Source: Ignavibacteriales bacterium (GTDB lineage: Bacteria; Bacillota; Sulfobacillia; JABLXB01). Taken from it: a stretch of DNA of 64,000 nucleotides. Numbering within the stretch: the first letter of the stretch is position 1; the number at the start of each line of letters is the position of its first letter. Shown in pieces: positions 38,344 through 47,315 of this stretch. The notes under the pieces are model-generated. The model was not told where the DNA came from and did no database searches. It was given only the letters and a program-made list of their open reading frames with translations. The translations under genes and the position numbers were made by a program. The stretch lies in assembly GCA_050260105.1 (NCBI GenBank), contig JBLNBR010000008.1, positions 2,099 to 66,098 of the forward strand. Direction: 5' to 3'.

Positions 38344-39045
38344 GTGTACGCCAGCATTGGCATAATCGCCTGCATCGCCGGTGTTGGAGGGTGCTTTGCG
38401 TTCTCGATGTTCTGGGGCGGGAGCAACAGGTACTCCCTGTTGACCGTATTGGAGACCAACACGAAGGGTCTGATTGCTATACCACTGGAGGGTGATTGCC
38501 CCAGGGCGGCCCGGTGGGAAGAGCAATCCCGTACGCTTGTTCCTCTCAAGACCGAGTACGCCCCCGATCGCCGGACGAAATGCCTGGTCGTGTACGATGT
38601 CGACTTTGCGGGTGTGAGGGTGTCCAGTGACGCCCGCAAGATCCCGTCGTTTCCCTACAGGATCGATCTGGGTGTCCCGATCAGTGTTATCGCCCAAGCC
38701 GACCCGCCCGGCGATGCGCCGGAAGCGGACGCGGTCATCGGCGTCCCCGTTCCCGTATGCGATAATCGCCTGAGGCTCTTCACAGGGGAATTGTCTCTCG
38801 ACCGGATCTCCAGCGATGGTGTGGCGACGCTCTCTCTGGACGGCGAGGATATTACCGTAGCGCCCGGCCAGGCGTGGACGGTCGCCCGGATACGGGAGGG
38901 CAGCTCCACCGCCGAGATCCGGCCGGGCCCCGGCTGGGAGGCGGCGCTGACCAAGGCGTTCGAAAACGGTTCACCCATAAGTAGACTGACGATCATCAAC
39001 TACGGGCTGTGGGAGAAGGAGCGTGTTGAGAAGTGCGGTTATTGA
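38344..39045 (+). CDS. Hypothetical protein with N-terminal hydrophobic/lipoprotein-like segment
   Basis: IACIAGVGGC N-terminus. No recognised domain. Overlaps the lipase gene start. Confidence 0.45.
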   Translation: MYASIGIIACIAGVGGCFAFSMFWGGSNRYSLLTVLETNTKGLIAIPLEGDCPRAARWEEQSRTLVPLKTEYAPDRRTKCLVVYDVDFAGVRVSSDARKIPSFPYRIDLGVPISVIAQADPPGDAPEADAVIGVPVPVCDNRLRLFTGELSLDRISSDGVATLSLDGEDITVAPGQAWTVARIREGSSTAEIRPGPGWEAALTKAFENGSPISRLTIINYGLWEKERVEKCGY

Positions 39046-41636
39046 GGCCGCTCCGTACGGTGACTGGATCCACGATCAATGCCGTAATCAGTGGCGGGCT
39101 TGCCGCCGTCCTCGTTCTCGCGAACCCCTCGATAGCCGGGGGCGGGATCCCCGACTCGAACAGGCCGGCCGATCGCATCCCGGTCATACTGGTTCATGGC
39201 GCGCTCAACAGCCCTGACGGGACCTGGGGGACGGCCTCTGACCAGAGGGGATTCTATTCGTTCCTGATGGGGAGGGGCTACGAGCCCGGCCTCACGCTGT
39301 TCAACGTCGACTATCGCGATTCGCCGGACGGGGACTACGCGGCGCTGTACCCGAGACTTCACCGCGCCGTGGAGCTGGCGCGGGCCAGGTCGGGCCATCA
39401 GAAGGTGGACGTGGTGACCCACAGCATGGGGGCGCTCCTGGCGAGGTACTACGTGGCCAGTCCCCTGTACGATGGCGGCGTCCGCAACCTGGTGATGTTG
39501 GCGCCTCCCAGCAACGGCTCCTTCGCTGTGACCTCCCTGCGGGCAGCGCTGATCACAGTTGCGCAGGAAGACCGGCGCATGCGGACTGCGCCTCTGACTG
39601 GTCCCGGCACAGGGGGTTCAACGCACGCATTCCCGGAGTTCCGCGGGGAGCATGACTATGTCGCCAGGAGGGCGGCCGAGTTCTACGAGCCCCTCTACGG
39701 CCAATTCGTGCTCGACACCAGGATAACCGGCGGTTCGAAGGGTTCAGCGGAATCCTTCGAAGAGTGGCTTGCAAGATCGAAACCGGAGGTCTACCGGGAC
39801 TGTTTCGTGGAAGCCTCGGAGCCACCGTTACGACCCGATTGGGACATGGGTGATGCGCCGGGGCCCGGGAAGGATCTCACCCGCGCCTACTACGAGAGGC
39901 TCGGTCTTGAGGTCGGGAGGAACAACTATCTCAAGTACGGGGGAGCGCGCCCGACTCTGGCGGAGACTCTCGTCAAGTCCACTCCACCGCTGTCGGGGGA
40001 CCTGGTAGAGATGCTGAAGGAGTATTCGAAGAGGGTGTTGTTCTATTTCGCCGGCCGGCTCCTGGAGATCGGGACCACGAAGGGCAAGGTCGCGGTGGCC
40101 GGTCTGCTGGAATCCAGGTTCAAGGTGAACGTTGACTCCCCCGCCCTGCGCAGGATGGTCAGCAGGGAGGTCCGTGTCAGTTCCGCCACTGCGCCGGTCC
40201 TGGCCAATCATTTCCTCGCCAGGTGGACCGGGCTGGAACAGGCCAACCGTGAGGGCGTGGAGGCGAACGCGACGGGCGGCTGTTGGCCGGAGAATCCGAG
40301 GTACCTCGTGATTGCGGGCGGGGCGGTGGCCGCAAACCTCCCGTGGGGCCGCGGCGTTGAGGAGAACGACGGGGCTGTGGAGATCAGGTCCACGCTTGTC
40401 GCTCCCGGGTCAGACGACGTCTTCAAGGTGTTCCGCGGCCTGGTGTGGCCGAACCACCTCGGCCTGCTCAAGAGCCCCACAGTCAGGAGGTACGTCGCCA
40501 GTCAGCTGGAGACCTACTTCCCGGTCCGTTCCACGCACTACCCGTCATTTCGCGAGAAGGCACTGAAGTGGTTCAGGTGGTCGGACTCGGGAGAGGTGGC
40601 CGTCACCCCGTGGGAGCCCGCGTACATTGCGGTGGACAGTTCAAGGCTCAAGGGCGAAGCGGGATCGCTGAGAATCCAGGTGAGCAGCGACAACTTGCCC
40701 GGCGAGATGGGCTTGAAGGCCTGGGTGTACGTGGTCTCCGGCGACGGGATGCTCGAGAGACGGGAGGTCTCGCTCAGCAGCCCGTCGAAGACGGGCGCCG
40801 CAGGGGGAACGATCTCAGTTGACGGGTTGGGATCGCTGTACGACCGGGTCTTACTGGGCTTCCGCCTGACGGGCGCTTTCACCACGGACGCCGAAATGCG
40901 GCGGATGGAGGGAGTCGCTTCTCCCGTCAAGTACACGCTGTCATTTGAACCCTCTGGGCAGCCTGGGACATCCGGTGGATCATCCGGCGCGCCGGCCGGC
41001 AACGATGGGGAAGCCGGAGTGCCCGGGGCTGGAGACGAGGCGCTTCCCACAATACACGTCATAAGGACGACCAAGAAGACCGTCCCGGGCGAATTCCTGC
41101 TCGGTGAATGCGCTGTGTGGGTGTGGGATTTCGGCGACGGCGCCGGTTTTCGGGATGAAGGCCCAGGGGAGCGTTCCACGGCGAGCCACGTGTTTTCCCC
41201 GGGCGAGTACACGGTCAGGGCGAAAGCGCTGGATGGCAAGGGCAGGGTGCTCCGGGAGGAGTCGTGGAGTGTGAGCGTGCCCCCGGCGGTCGAGGAGGCG
41301 CCGGCGCCCCCTTCCGAGGTTAAATTCGTGGCAGGAGGGGACAGCCCCGATGTCCGCGTCGAAGTCACCGGGCCGGCGATGTGGGTGACCGGCAGGCCGG
41401 CGAAATTCGAGGTGAAGGTGGACACGGGCGGCGTGGGCGCTTCGGGGAAGGAAGTGATTACGGTCGAGCCCGGCCGGGAATTCCGGATGATATGGGAGAG
41501 GCCCGGTACATTCCAGGTCACTGCCGCAGCCAAAGTGAGGCTCACGTACGACAGGCCGGGCGGCAGGGTCTCGATCACCAGGACGTACACGGGCGCCACC
41601 ACGGTCAAAGTGGCCGCCACCGGGGTAACGGACTGA
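39033..41636 (+). CDS. Secreted multidomain alpha/beta-hydrolase lipase/esterase (Bacillus LipA-like N-domain) with C-terminal PKD-like domain
   Basis: Signal peptide. RIPVILVHGALNSPDGTWG … KVDVVTHSMGALLARYYV (lipase class 2 / GxSxG). C-terminal VWVWDFGDG…HVFSPGEYTVRAKALD is the PKD-domain motif. Confidence 0.7.
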   Translation: MRLLRPLRTVTGSTINAVISGGLAAVLVLANPSIAGGGIPDSNRPADRIPVILVHGALNSPDGTWGTASDQRGFYSFLMGRGYEPGLTLFNVDYRDSPDGDYAALYPRLHRAVELARARSGHQKVDVVTHSMGALLARYYVASPLYDGGVRNLVMLAPPSNGSFAVTSLRAALITVAQEDRRMRTAPLTGPGTGGSTHAFPEFRGEHDYVARRAAEFYEPLYGQFVLDTRITGGSKGSAESFEEWLARSKPEVYRDCFVEASEPPLRPDWDMGDAPGPGKDLTRAYYERLGLEVGRNNYLKYGGARPTLAETLVKSTPPLSGDLVEMLKEYSKRVLFYFAGRLLEIGTTKGKVAVAGLLESRFKVNVDSPALRRMVSREVRVSSATAPVLANHFLARWTGLEQANREGVEANATGGCWPENPRYLVIAGGAVAANLPWGRGVEENDGAVEIRSTLVAPGSDDVFKVFRGLVWPNHLGLLKSPTVRRYVASQLETYFPVRSTHYPSFREKALKWFRWSDSGEVAVTPWEPAYIAVDSSRLKGEAGSLRIQVSSDNLPGEMGLKAWVYVVSGDGMLERREVSLSSPSKTGAAGGTISVDGLGSLYDRVLLGFRLTGAFTTDAEMRRMEGVASPVKYTLSFEPSGQPGTSGGSSGAPAGNDGEAGVPGAGDEALPTIHVIRTTKKTVPGEFLLGECAVWVWDFGDGAGFRDEGPGERSTASHVFSPGEYTVRAKALDGKGRVLREESWSVSVPPAVEEAPAPPSEVKFVAGGDSPDVRVEVTGPAMWVTGRPAKFEVKVDTGGVGASGKEVITVEPGREFRMIWERPGTFQVTAAAKVRLTYDRPGGRVSITRTYTGATTVKVAATGVTD

Positions 41637-41689
41637 TGGGGAGGATTTGCGCGGGGGCTGGCTAATCTTCTGGACGAGCGTACTCGGGA

Positions 41690-42322
41690 GTGATGGCGTT
41701 GATGAACCTCGTGTGCAGGGCGTGGTCAGGGGTATGGTCATTCATGATGAACATACCGGTGGACAGGCGGTGGCTGCCCCCGCTCATAGTGGTCAATTTC
41801 TTCGGATCCCTGTACGGTTTCAACTGGTACAGGGAGCAGCTGTCGACCACTCCGGTGAAATACTGGCCGATCGTGCCCGATTCACCACTCTCCTGCCTGC
41901 TGTTCAGTTTCGTGCTGATGCTCATATACGCGCGCAAGAGGTTCTGGCCGCTCGAGGGCATCGCCTACATTTCCATGATGAAGTACGGCTTCTGGACGGT
42001 GTTCGTTTTCGCCCAGTGCTGGGTCGTGCGAAGGGCTGCGTACCCCGAGGAGATGTTCCTGTTCGCAAGCCACTTCTGCATGGCCGTTGAGGCGATCCTG
42101 TTCTCACGGTACCACTCACCGGACCGCGGCGCGATCCTCGCCTGCGGGGTCTGGTCGGTCTTCAACGACTACATGGACTATTTCAGGGGTTTTCACCCGT
42201 ACCTGCCGATGCCGGAGTTCTACGGGTCGGTGCGCCTGGTGAGTATCGTGAGCACCTACGTGGTCACCGGCTGGTTGGTCTTCTGGGGAAGGAACCGCTG
42301 GAAAGAGGTTTCCCGGGCGTGA
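41690..42322 (+). CDS. DUF1405-family membrane protein
   Basis: Multi-TM small protein. The pattern resembles DUF1405. Family assignment is at moderate certainty. Confidence 0.5.
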   Translation: MMALMNLVCRAWSGVWSFMMNIPVDRRWLPPLIVVNFFGSLYGFNWYREQLSTTPVKYWPIVPDSPLSCLLFSFVLMLIYARKRFWPLEGIAYISMMKYGFWTVFVFAQCWVVRRAAYPEEMFLFASHFCMAVEAILFSRYHSPDRGAILACGVWSVFNDYMDYFRGFHPYLPMPEFYGSVRLVSIVSTYVVTGWLVFWGRNRWKEVSRA

Positions 42323-43251
42323 AATGGGTCATGAGCGTCAGCCTGGGCGACCCTTCACGGGACTATTGCGTCGAGGCAAAAATCGCCGGAGAGAGGGTAG
42401 TCCTGGAAAGACGCGGGACCGGGGGCAGCGTCCGGCTTGCCTGCGATCTGATTCGCCGGCATGACGGGCTGGTGAGCGCGTTCGGCCTGGGCGGCGCCAA
42501 CTTTCACTACATCGCAGGAGCGGCTGAGTTTCGCATGCCCGAGGGCTGGACCATCCGGGCCGCGGCGAAGAAGTCGCCTGTTGCGGACGGGTCCCGCGTG
42601 AAGCGGTTCATTGAACCACTCATAATTGACCTCCTCGCCGAAAATGGTGTACAGTTTCGGAGGAGGAAGGCCGCCATATCATCCGCCCTGGACCGCTGGC
42701 ACCTTGCGGAGGCGCTGGAAACGGCCGGATGTGAAGTCGCTGTGCTCGATGCCGCGCTCGCTTTGCGACTGCCGGTGGTATTCCCGGGCACGCGGACTTT
42801 CGGGATCGCCGCTCGAGTGACAATGCCAGCGCTGTCACGCTTGCCTGTCGGGTGGCTCTACCCGCGGCGGATAGACTACACCCCCGGCGCGTCCGCGGGT
42901 GGGCTCACCGAGAGGCTGGCCGCCAGGCTGGCGGAGGGGGCCATGTCCGCAGCGGACGTCATCGCGGGAGACTCGTACCTTATGTGGAAGCACATGCCGG
43001 GGCGCCTCGATGGCAAGACAGTCATCGTCTCGACGGCGACCCCGGGGGAAGTCGGTGAGTTGAAGGCGCGCGGCGCTGCGGTTGTCGCGAGCACTTCTCC
43101 GTCACTGTCGGGGAGGTCTCTTGGGGCCAACGTGATCGAGGCGATGATCCTGGCCTTCGACGGCAGGCCGCCGGAGGAGATACCGCCGGCCTGTTACCGG
43201 GAATGGTGGAACAGACTGGGGCTGCGATTCAGGATAGAAGGGCATCAGTAG
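42319..43251 (+). CDS. Hypothetical protein (Rossmann-like alternating pattern)
   Basis: ATGA overlap with the upstream gene. No confident family. Confidence 0.45.
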   Translation: MKWVMSVSLGDPSRDYCVEAKIAGERVVLERRGTGGSVRLACDLIRRHDGLVSAFGLGGANFHYIAGAAEFRMPEGWTIRAAAKKSPVADGSRVKRFIEPLIIDLLAENGVQFRRRKAAISSALDRWHLAEALETAGCEVAVLDAALALRLPVVFPGTRTFGIAARVTMPALSRLPVGWLYPRRIDYTPGASAGGLTERLAARLAEGAMSAADVIAGDSYLMWKHMPGRLDGKTVIVSTATPGEVGELKARGAAVVASTSPSLSGRSLGANVIEAMILAFDGRPPEEIPPACYREWWNRLGLRFRIEGHQ

Positions 43252-43718
43252 CCTTGCCTCATCGATTCGCGGACGAGGTCTGCCACCACTTTCCGCAGCC
43301 TGGGCGTGGCCAGGACCTCGCGGATTGCCTGCTCGGCTTCGGGTGATTTGAGGGCGTCGGCGAACGCCTGGCGCGCTTCCGGCGTGGAGAGGGCATCCTT
43401 CAGGATCTGGCGGGCCTCAGGCGAAGTGCTGATTGTGGCCAGGATGTCCCTGGTGAGGGCATCCTTGTCGAGAGTGATTTCGGGGAACATGTCCTCCAGG
43501 ATAACGCGGGTTTCATCGCTCTTCAGGGCGTCCTGAAGCGCCTGCCTGAAAATGGCCCTTACATCCCAGGGCCAGGGCCGGCCGCCCGCTGCTGTGCGGA
43601 ATAGGGGGAGCCTGTCGGCCATAATCAGCGCCACCGATGTGACCGACAATATTAAAGCCAGAGTCAGGACCAAGGCCGGTAGTGATCTGCGGCTCACTCT
43701 TATCACCTCCGGTAACAA
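43245..43718 (-). CDS. Small membrane-anchored protein with four degenerate DAL-x-(S/T)PEA-x-Q repeats
   Basis: N-terminal TM, then DALKSDETRVI / DALTRD…SPEARQILK / DALSTPEARQAFA / DALKSPEAEQAIREVL. Confidence 0.45.
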   Translation of the reverse strand: MLPEVIRVSRRSLPALVLTLALILSVTSVALIMADRLPLFRTAAGGRPWPWDVRAIFRQALQDALKSDETRVILEDMFPEITLDKDALTRDILATISTSPEARQILKDALSTPEARQAFADALKSPEAEQAIREVLATPRLRKVVADLVRESMRQGY

Positions 43719-43770
43719 TTCTGCCCAGGGACGGAATACTTATCCATCCTGGATAGCGCAGGTGAATGCA

Positions 43771-44661
43771 ATGCATCCGTATATACTCAAGTGGGGTCCC
43801 ATAACCATCTGGTCGTACGGTCTCATGCTGGACCTTGGGTTCCTCCTCGGCGCCGTACTCGCGGCGCGGGAGGCGGATCGCAGGGGCATCGGTGGAGCGT
43901 GGATGTACGACCTTCTGTTGGCGATGCTCCTGGTCGGGGTGGTGGCCAGTCGCGCCCTGTACGTCCTGTTGAATCTCAGCCTCTATGTATCCAATCCGTG
44001 GACCATCTTGAACATCACCGAGGGAGGTCTGGCTCTTCACGGCGCGCTGCTCGGTGGCCTGATCGTGGCGATATGGTTCTGCCGCAGGAAGAAGATATCA
44101 TTCTACGACCTGGCCGACACTGTGGCGCCCTCGCTTGCTCTCGGGATTGCTGTGGCCCGGTGGGGTTGCCTGCTCAACGGCTGCTGCTACGGCGTCCCGA
44201 CCACGGGGAAGTGGGGCGTTCTCACACGCTATGCTCCCGGATTGAGGCATCCAACGCAGATATATGAATCGCTTCTCGCATTTGGGTTGTTTGCCTTCCT
44301 CTGGTGGGCGAGACAGAGGACCAGAATCAGGGGGCAGCTATTCATGCTCTTCCTGATGCTCTATTCCGTGATCAGGTTCCTCGTGGAGTTCTTCCGCGAG
44401 TCCTCGTACATCGGGCCGCTGACCCACGCCCAGGCTGCCAGCCTCGCCATAGCCCTCCTGGCGCTGTGGTGGTTCTTCAGGCTGGAGAGGCAGGCGACCG
44501 CGGCCGCGACGGCCGGCGACTCTGCAACGGCCAGCGACGCTGCGACAGCCGGCGACTCCGCGACAGCTAGCGACGCTGGCCAGGCGGCGCCGCGGCTTGC
44601 ACCGGAGGGTGAAAAAGGCTGCGATGACGGCGATGGCGACGATGACACGGCGGCACTATAG
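43771..44661 (+). CDS. lgt: Prolipoprotein diacylglyceryl transferase with unusual C-terminal repetitive/acidic tail
   Basis: MHPYILKWGPITIWSYGLMLDLGFLLG is the Lgt N-terminus, with a G-rich signature region (GCLLNGCCYG). The tail ATAGDSATASDAATAGDSATASDAG…DDGDGDDD is non-canonical. Confidence 0.8.
   Translation: MHPYILKWGPITIWSYGLMLDLGFLLGAVLAAREADRRGIGGAWMYDLLLAMLLVGVVASRALYVLLNLSLYVSNPWTILNITEGGLALHGALLGGLIVAIWFCRRKKISFYDLADTVAPSLALGIAVARWGCLLNGCCYGVPTTGKWGVLTRYAPGLRHPTQIYESLLAFGLFAFLWWARQRTRIRGQLFMLFLMLYSVIRFLVEFFRESSYIGPLTHAQAASLAIALLALWWFFRLERQATAAATAGDSATASDAATAGDSATASDAGQAAPRLAPEGEKGCDDGDGDDDTAAL
44512..44583 (+). repeat. 2 x 36-bp in-frame tandem repeat (AGDSATASDAAT) within the lgt 3' end
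   Basis: gccggcgactctgcaacggccagcgacgctgcgaca / gccggcgactccgcgacagctagcgacgctggccag, read directly. Confidence 0.8.
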
Positions 44662-44749
44662 TGCGAGCCGGTGTCGAATGCTGCCCGGCCGGAAGGCCGG
44701 GCGCCAGAATGGGGTAGTGTAACCGGGCGCCCGTAAGGGCCCCCGGTTC

Positions 44750-45610
44750 CTATTCCTTCCGTACCGTGAGTCTCGCGAAACCCGTCCGTTCGAGCGCAAG
44801 CAGCAGGTCGTCGTCCGGGGGCACCATCCTCAGCCACTTCTCGGCGATCCATTTCACAGCGTCACTCATCTCCTCCGTCAGCGGCGGGATCGTGAAGCCC
44901 TCTCGCGGATCATTGTACCTCTCGATCGCCCGGCCGAGATGGTTGGTGGAATAGTCCGAGTACCGGTGATGCATGACGATGCCCTCTTCAAACAGCCGTC
45001 CCCTCTTCGGCTTGTCGCGCTTGCCCTCCGGGGGGTAGCCGAGGAACAGCGCGCCAACGGGAACGACCATCTCCGGAATGGCCAGTTCGGTCACCGCGTT
45101 CTCCAGCTTGTTCAGGAGTCCGTTGCTGAAACAGCTGTCGATTCCGAAGGAGTGGGCGGCTATCGCGGCGTTCCTGGCGCAGAACATGACGTCCATGAGG
45201 GACGTGAGGAACCACCTCAACCCCAACTCCGGCCTCTTGGCGCCCGACGCTTCGAACATGAGCGCCAGCCGACGGCAATCGGCGTTGAAGACGAGCATGA
45301 CGTCCGCTTTGCGAAAATGACCGAAACCCAACCGTTCCATTACACCCTTGTCGCTGACGACGATGATGCTGTATTGCTGCAGGTTCGAGGCCGTCGGAGC
45401 AGCAACGGCAGCCCTTAGCACGACGTCCAGCGTTTCCCTTTCTATGCGCCTGGCTGGATCGAAATCGCCATGGTTGCTCCTCATGCCCATGAGCATCCCG
45501 GTGATGCCGTCCATTTGCGGACCCCCGCTTCCGTGGAAATCACTATCTGGAGTATACAACCCTGCAGGTAGCGGGCCAAGACTCCCCGCCGCGGGACAGT
45601 CATCCGCCAC
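44750..45610 (-). CDS. Nitroreductase-family protein (true start probably internal, about 220 aa)
   Basis: RRIERETLDVVLRAAVAAPTASNLQQYSIIVV matches the nitroreductase fold N-terminus. Confidence 0.65.
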   Translation of the reverse strand: MADDCPAAGSLGPLPAGLYTPDSDFHGSGGPQMDGITGMLMGMRSNHGDFDPARRIERETLDVVLRAAVAAPTASNLQQYSIIVVSDKGVMERLGFGHFRKADVMLVFNADCRRLALMFEASGAKRPELGLRWFLTSLMDVMFCARNAAIAAHSFGIDSCFSNGLLNKLENAVTELAIPEMVVPVGALFLGYPPEGKRDKPKRGRLFEEGIVMHHRYSDYSTNHLGRAIERYNDPREGFTIPPLTEEMSDAVKWIAEKWLRMVPPDDDLLLALERTGFARLTVRKE

Positions 45611-45853
45611 CGTTCGGGCTGATCATAGAAGGTCCAATCAGGGAAGAGGGAGATATTCGCGATATTCGGGGGATACCGAGAGTTGACACTGCTGCCGGCT
45701 GCAGGATACCGTATAACTACACAAAAAAATGCGATGGACCAGAGAACACTGCGGTAGTAGCAGCATATGGAGTAGTCAGGGATCTGCGCGGGTACCTTCG
45801 ACCTTACGGTTCGCTAAGGGGCGGAGGTTCTTGTTTTCTCGGGGAGACTCCTG

Positions 45854-47281
45854 TTGCTGCTGTGCCGGGGTTCCGGACCATCCAAAGGAGGAACAGGGAG
45901 CTTGAAGAAAAGCAGGGTGCCGCACAGCTACGTAATCGTCTTCATGATCCTGATCCTGGCTACCATCGCGACATTCGTAGTCCCGGCGGGCGCGTACGAA
46001 CGGGTGAAAAACGCGGCCGGAAGGACGGTAGTCAAGCCTGATACCTTCAAGTATGTCAAACAGAAACCAGTGGGCCCCTTCGACATGGTCGCCGCCATAC
46101 CCAAGGGTATGACTGCAGGCGCAGGTATTGTATTCTTCATCTTCCTGGTGGGCGGCGCATTCTCGATCATTCAGGCCACCGGCGCAGTGGAGGCGGTCCT
46201 TGGCAAGGCGGTGAGATCCCTCGAGGGGAAGGAGAAACTCCTGATCCCCGTGTGCATGTTGCTGTTCTGGCTGGGCGGCGCGAGCTTCGGAATGGCTGAA
46301 GAGGCGCTGCCGTTTGTCCCGCTCGGAGTCTCCCTCGCTAAGGCGCTCGGGTTTGACGCCATCGCCGGGACCGCCATGGTGACGATGGGCGCCGCCGCCG
46401 GCTTCTGCTGCGGGGCGTTCAACGCCTTCACCGTCGGGGTCGCGCAGGGCATTGCGGAACTCCCGATCTTCTCCGGACTCGGCTTCAGGATAGTGTGCGG
46501 CCTGATCTTCCTTCTCACCGGTATGTGGTGGGTGACCAGGTATGCGGGTATGGTCAAGCGCGATCCGTCCTCGAGCTACGTGCACGATGTGGAGCAGAAG
46601 GGAGAGCTCAAGCTCGAGAACATCAGGCAGCTCGAATGGCAGCATTCGGCCGTCCTGCTCATCCTTCTCGCCACCCTCGGTTGGATAGTGTGGGGCGTGA
46701 TGAAGAAGGGCTGGTACATTACGGAAATCGGCACGGCGTTCCTCATCGCCGGCATAGTCTCGGGGTTCATAGGCAAACTCAGCGCGAGCAACATAGCCAA
46801 GGCGTTCGTTGCGGGCGCCAAGGATCTGGCGTTCGGCGCCCTGATGGCCGGCTTCGCCCGTTCAATCGTAACGGTCCTGGAACAGGGCAGCGTGATCGAC
46901 ACTATCATCCACTTCCTTGCGCAGGCAGTCTCGTCGCTTCCGGGCGCCCTGGCGGGAATCGGGATGTTCCTGGTCGTGACCTTCCTGAATCCGCTCATTC
47001 CCGCGGGCAGCGGGCTTGCGGCTACTACGATGCCGATCCTCACCCCGCTTGCCGACCTTGTCGGCATAACCAGGCAGACGGCCGTCCTTGCTTTCCAGTT
47101 CGGCGACGGTTTCACCAACTCGATAATCCCCACCTCGGGTGTTCTCATGGCGTATCTTGCCATGGCGGGTATTCCTTACGAGCGGTGGGTGAAGTTCATC
47201 TATCCCTTGATGGCGCTGTGGACGGCCCTTGGCGCCGTTATGCTGGCCGTCGCGACGGCTATTCACTACGGTCCATTCTGA
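45854..47281 (+). CDS. YfcC-family (C4-dicarboxylate anaerobic carrier-like) membrane transporter; start uncertain (TTG 45902 candidate)
   Basis: Polytopic ~450-aa protein with GGAFSIIQATGA and FQFGDGFTNSIIPTSG blocks typical of YfcC/DcuC-like carriers. Confidence 0.65.
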   Translation: MLLCRGSGPSKGGTGSLKKSRVPHSYVIVFMILILATIATFVVPAGAYERVKNAAGRTVVKPDTFKYVKQKPVGPFDMVAAIPKGMTAGAGIVFFIFLVGGAFSIIQATGAVEAVLGKAVRSLEGKEKLLIPVCMLLFWLGGASFGMAEEALPFVPLGVSLAKALGFDAIAGTAMVTMGAAAGFCCGAFNAFTVGVAQGIAELPIFSGLGFRIVCGLIFLLTGMWWVTRYAGMVKRDPSSSYVHDVEQKGELKLENIRQLEWQHSAVLLILLATLGWIVWGVMKKGWYITEIGTAFLIAGIVSGFIGKLSASNIAKAFVAGAKDLAFGALMAGFARSIVTVLEQGSVIDTIIHFLAQAVSSLPGALAGIGMFLVVTFLNPLIPAGSGLAATTMPILTPLADLVGITRQTAVLAFQFGDGFTNSIIPTSGVLMAYLAMAGIPYERWVKFIYPLMALWTALGAVMLAVATAIHYGPF

Positions 47282-47315
47282 GATTCGCCCAGTAATCGCC
47301 TATTATGCTCGTCCT

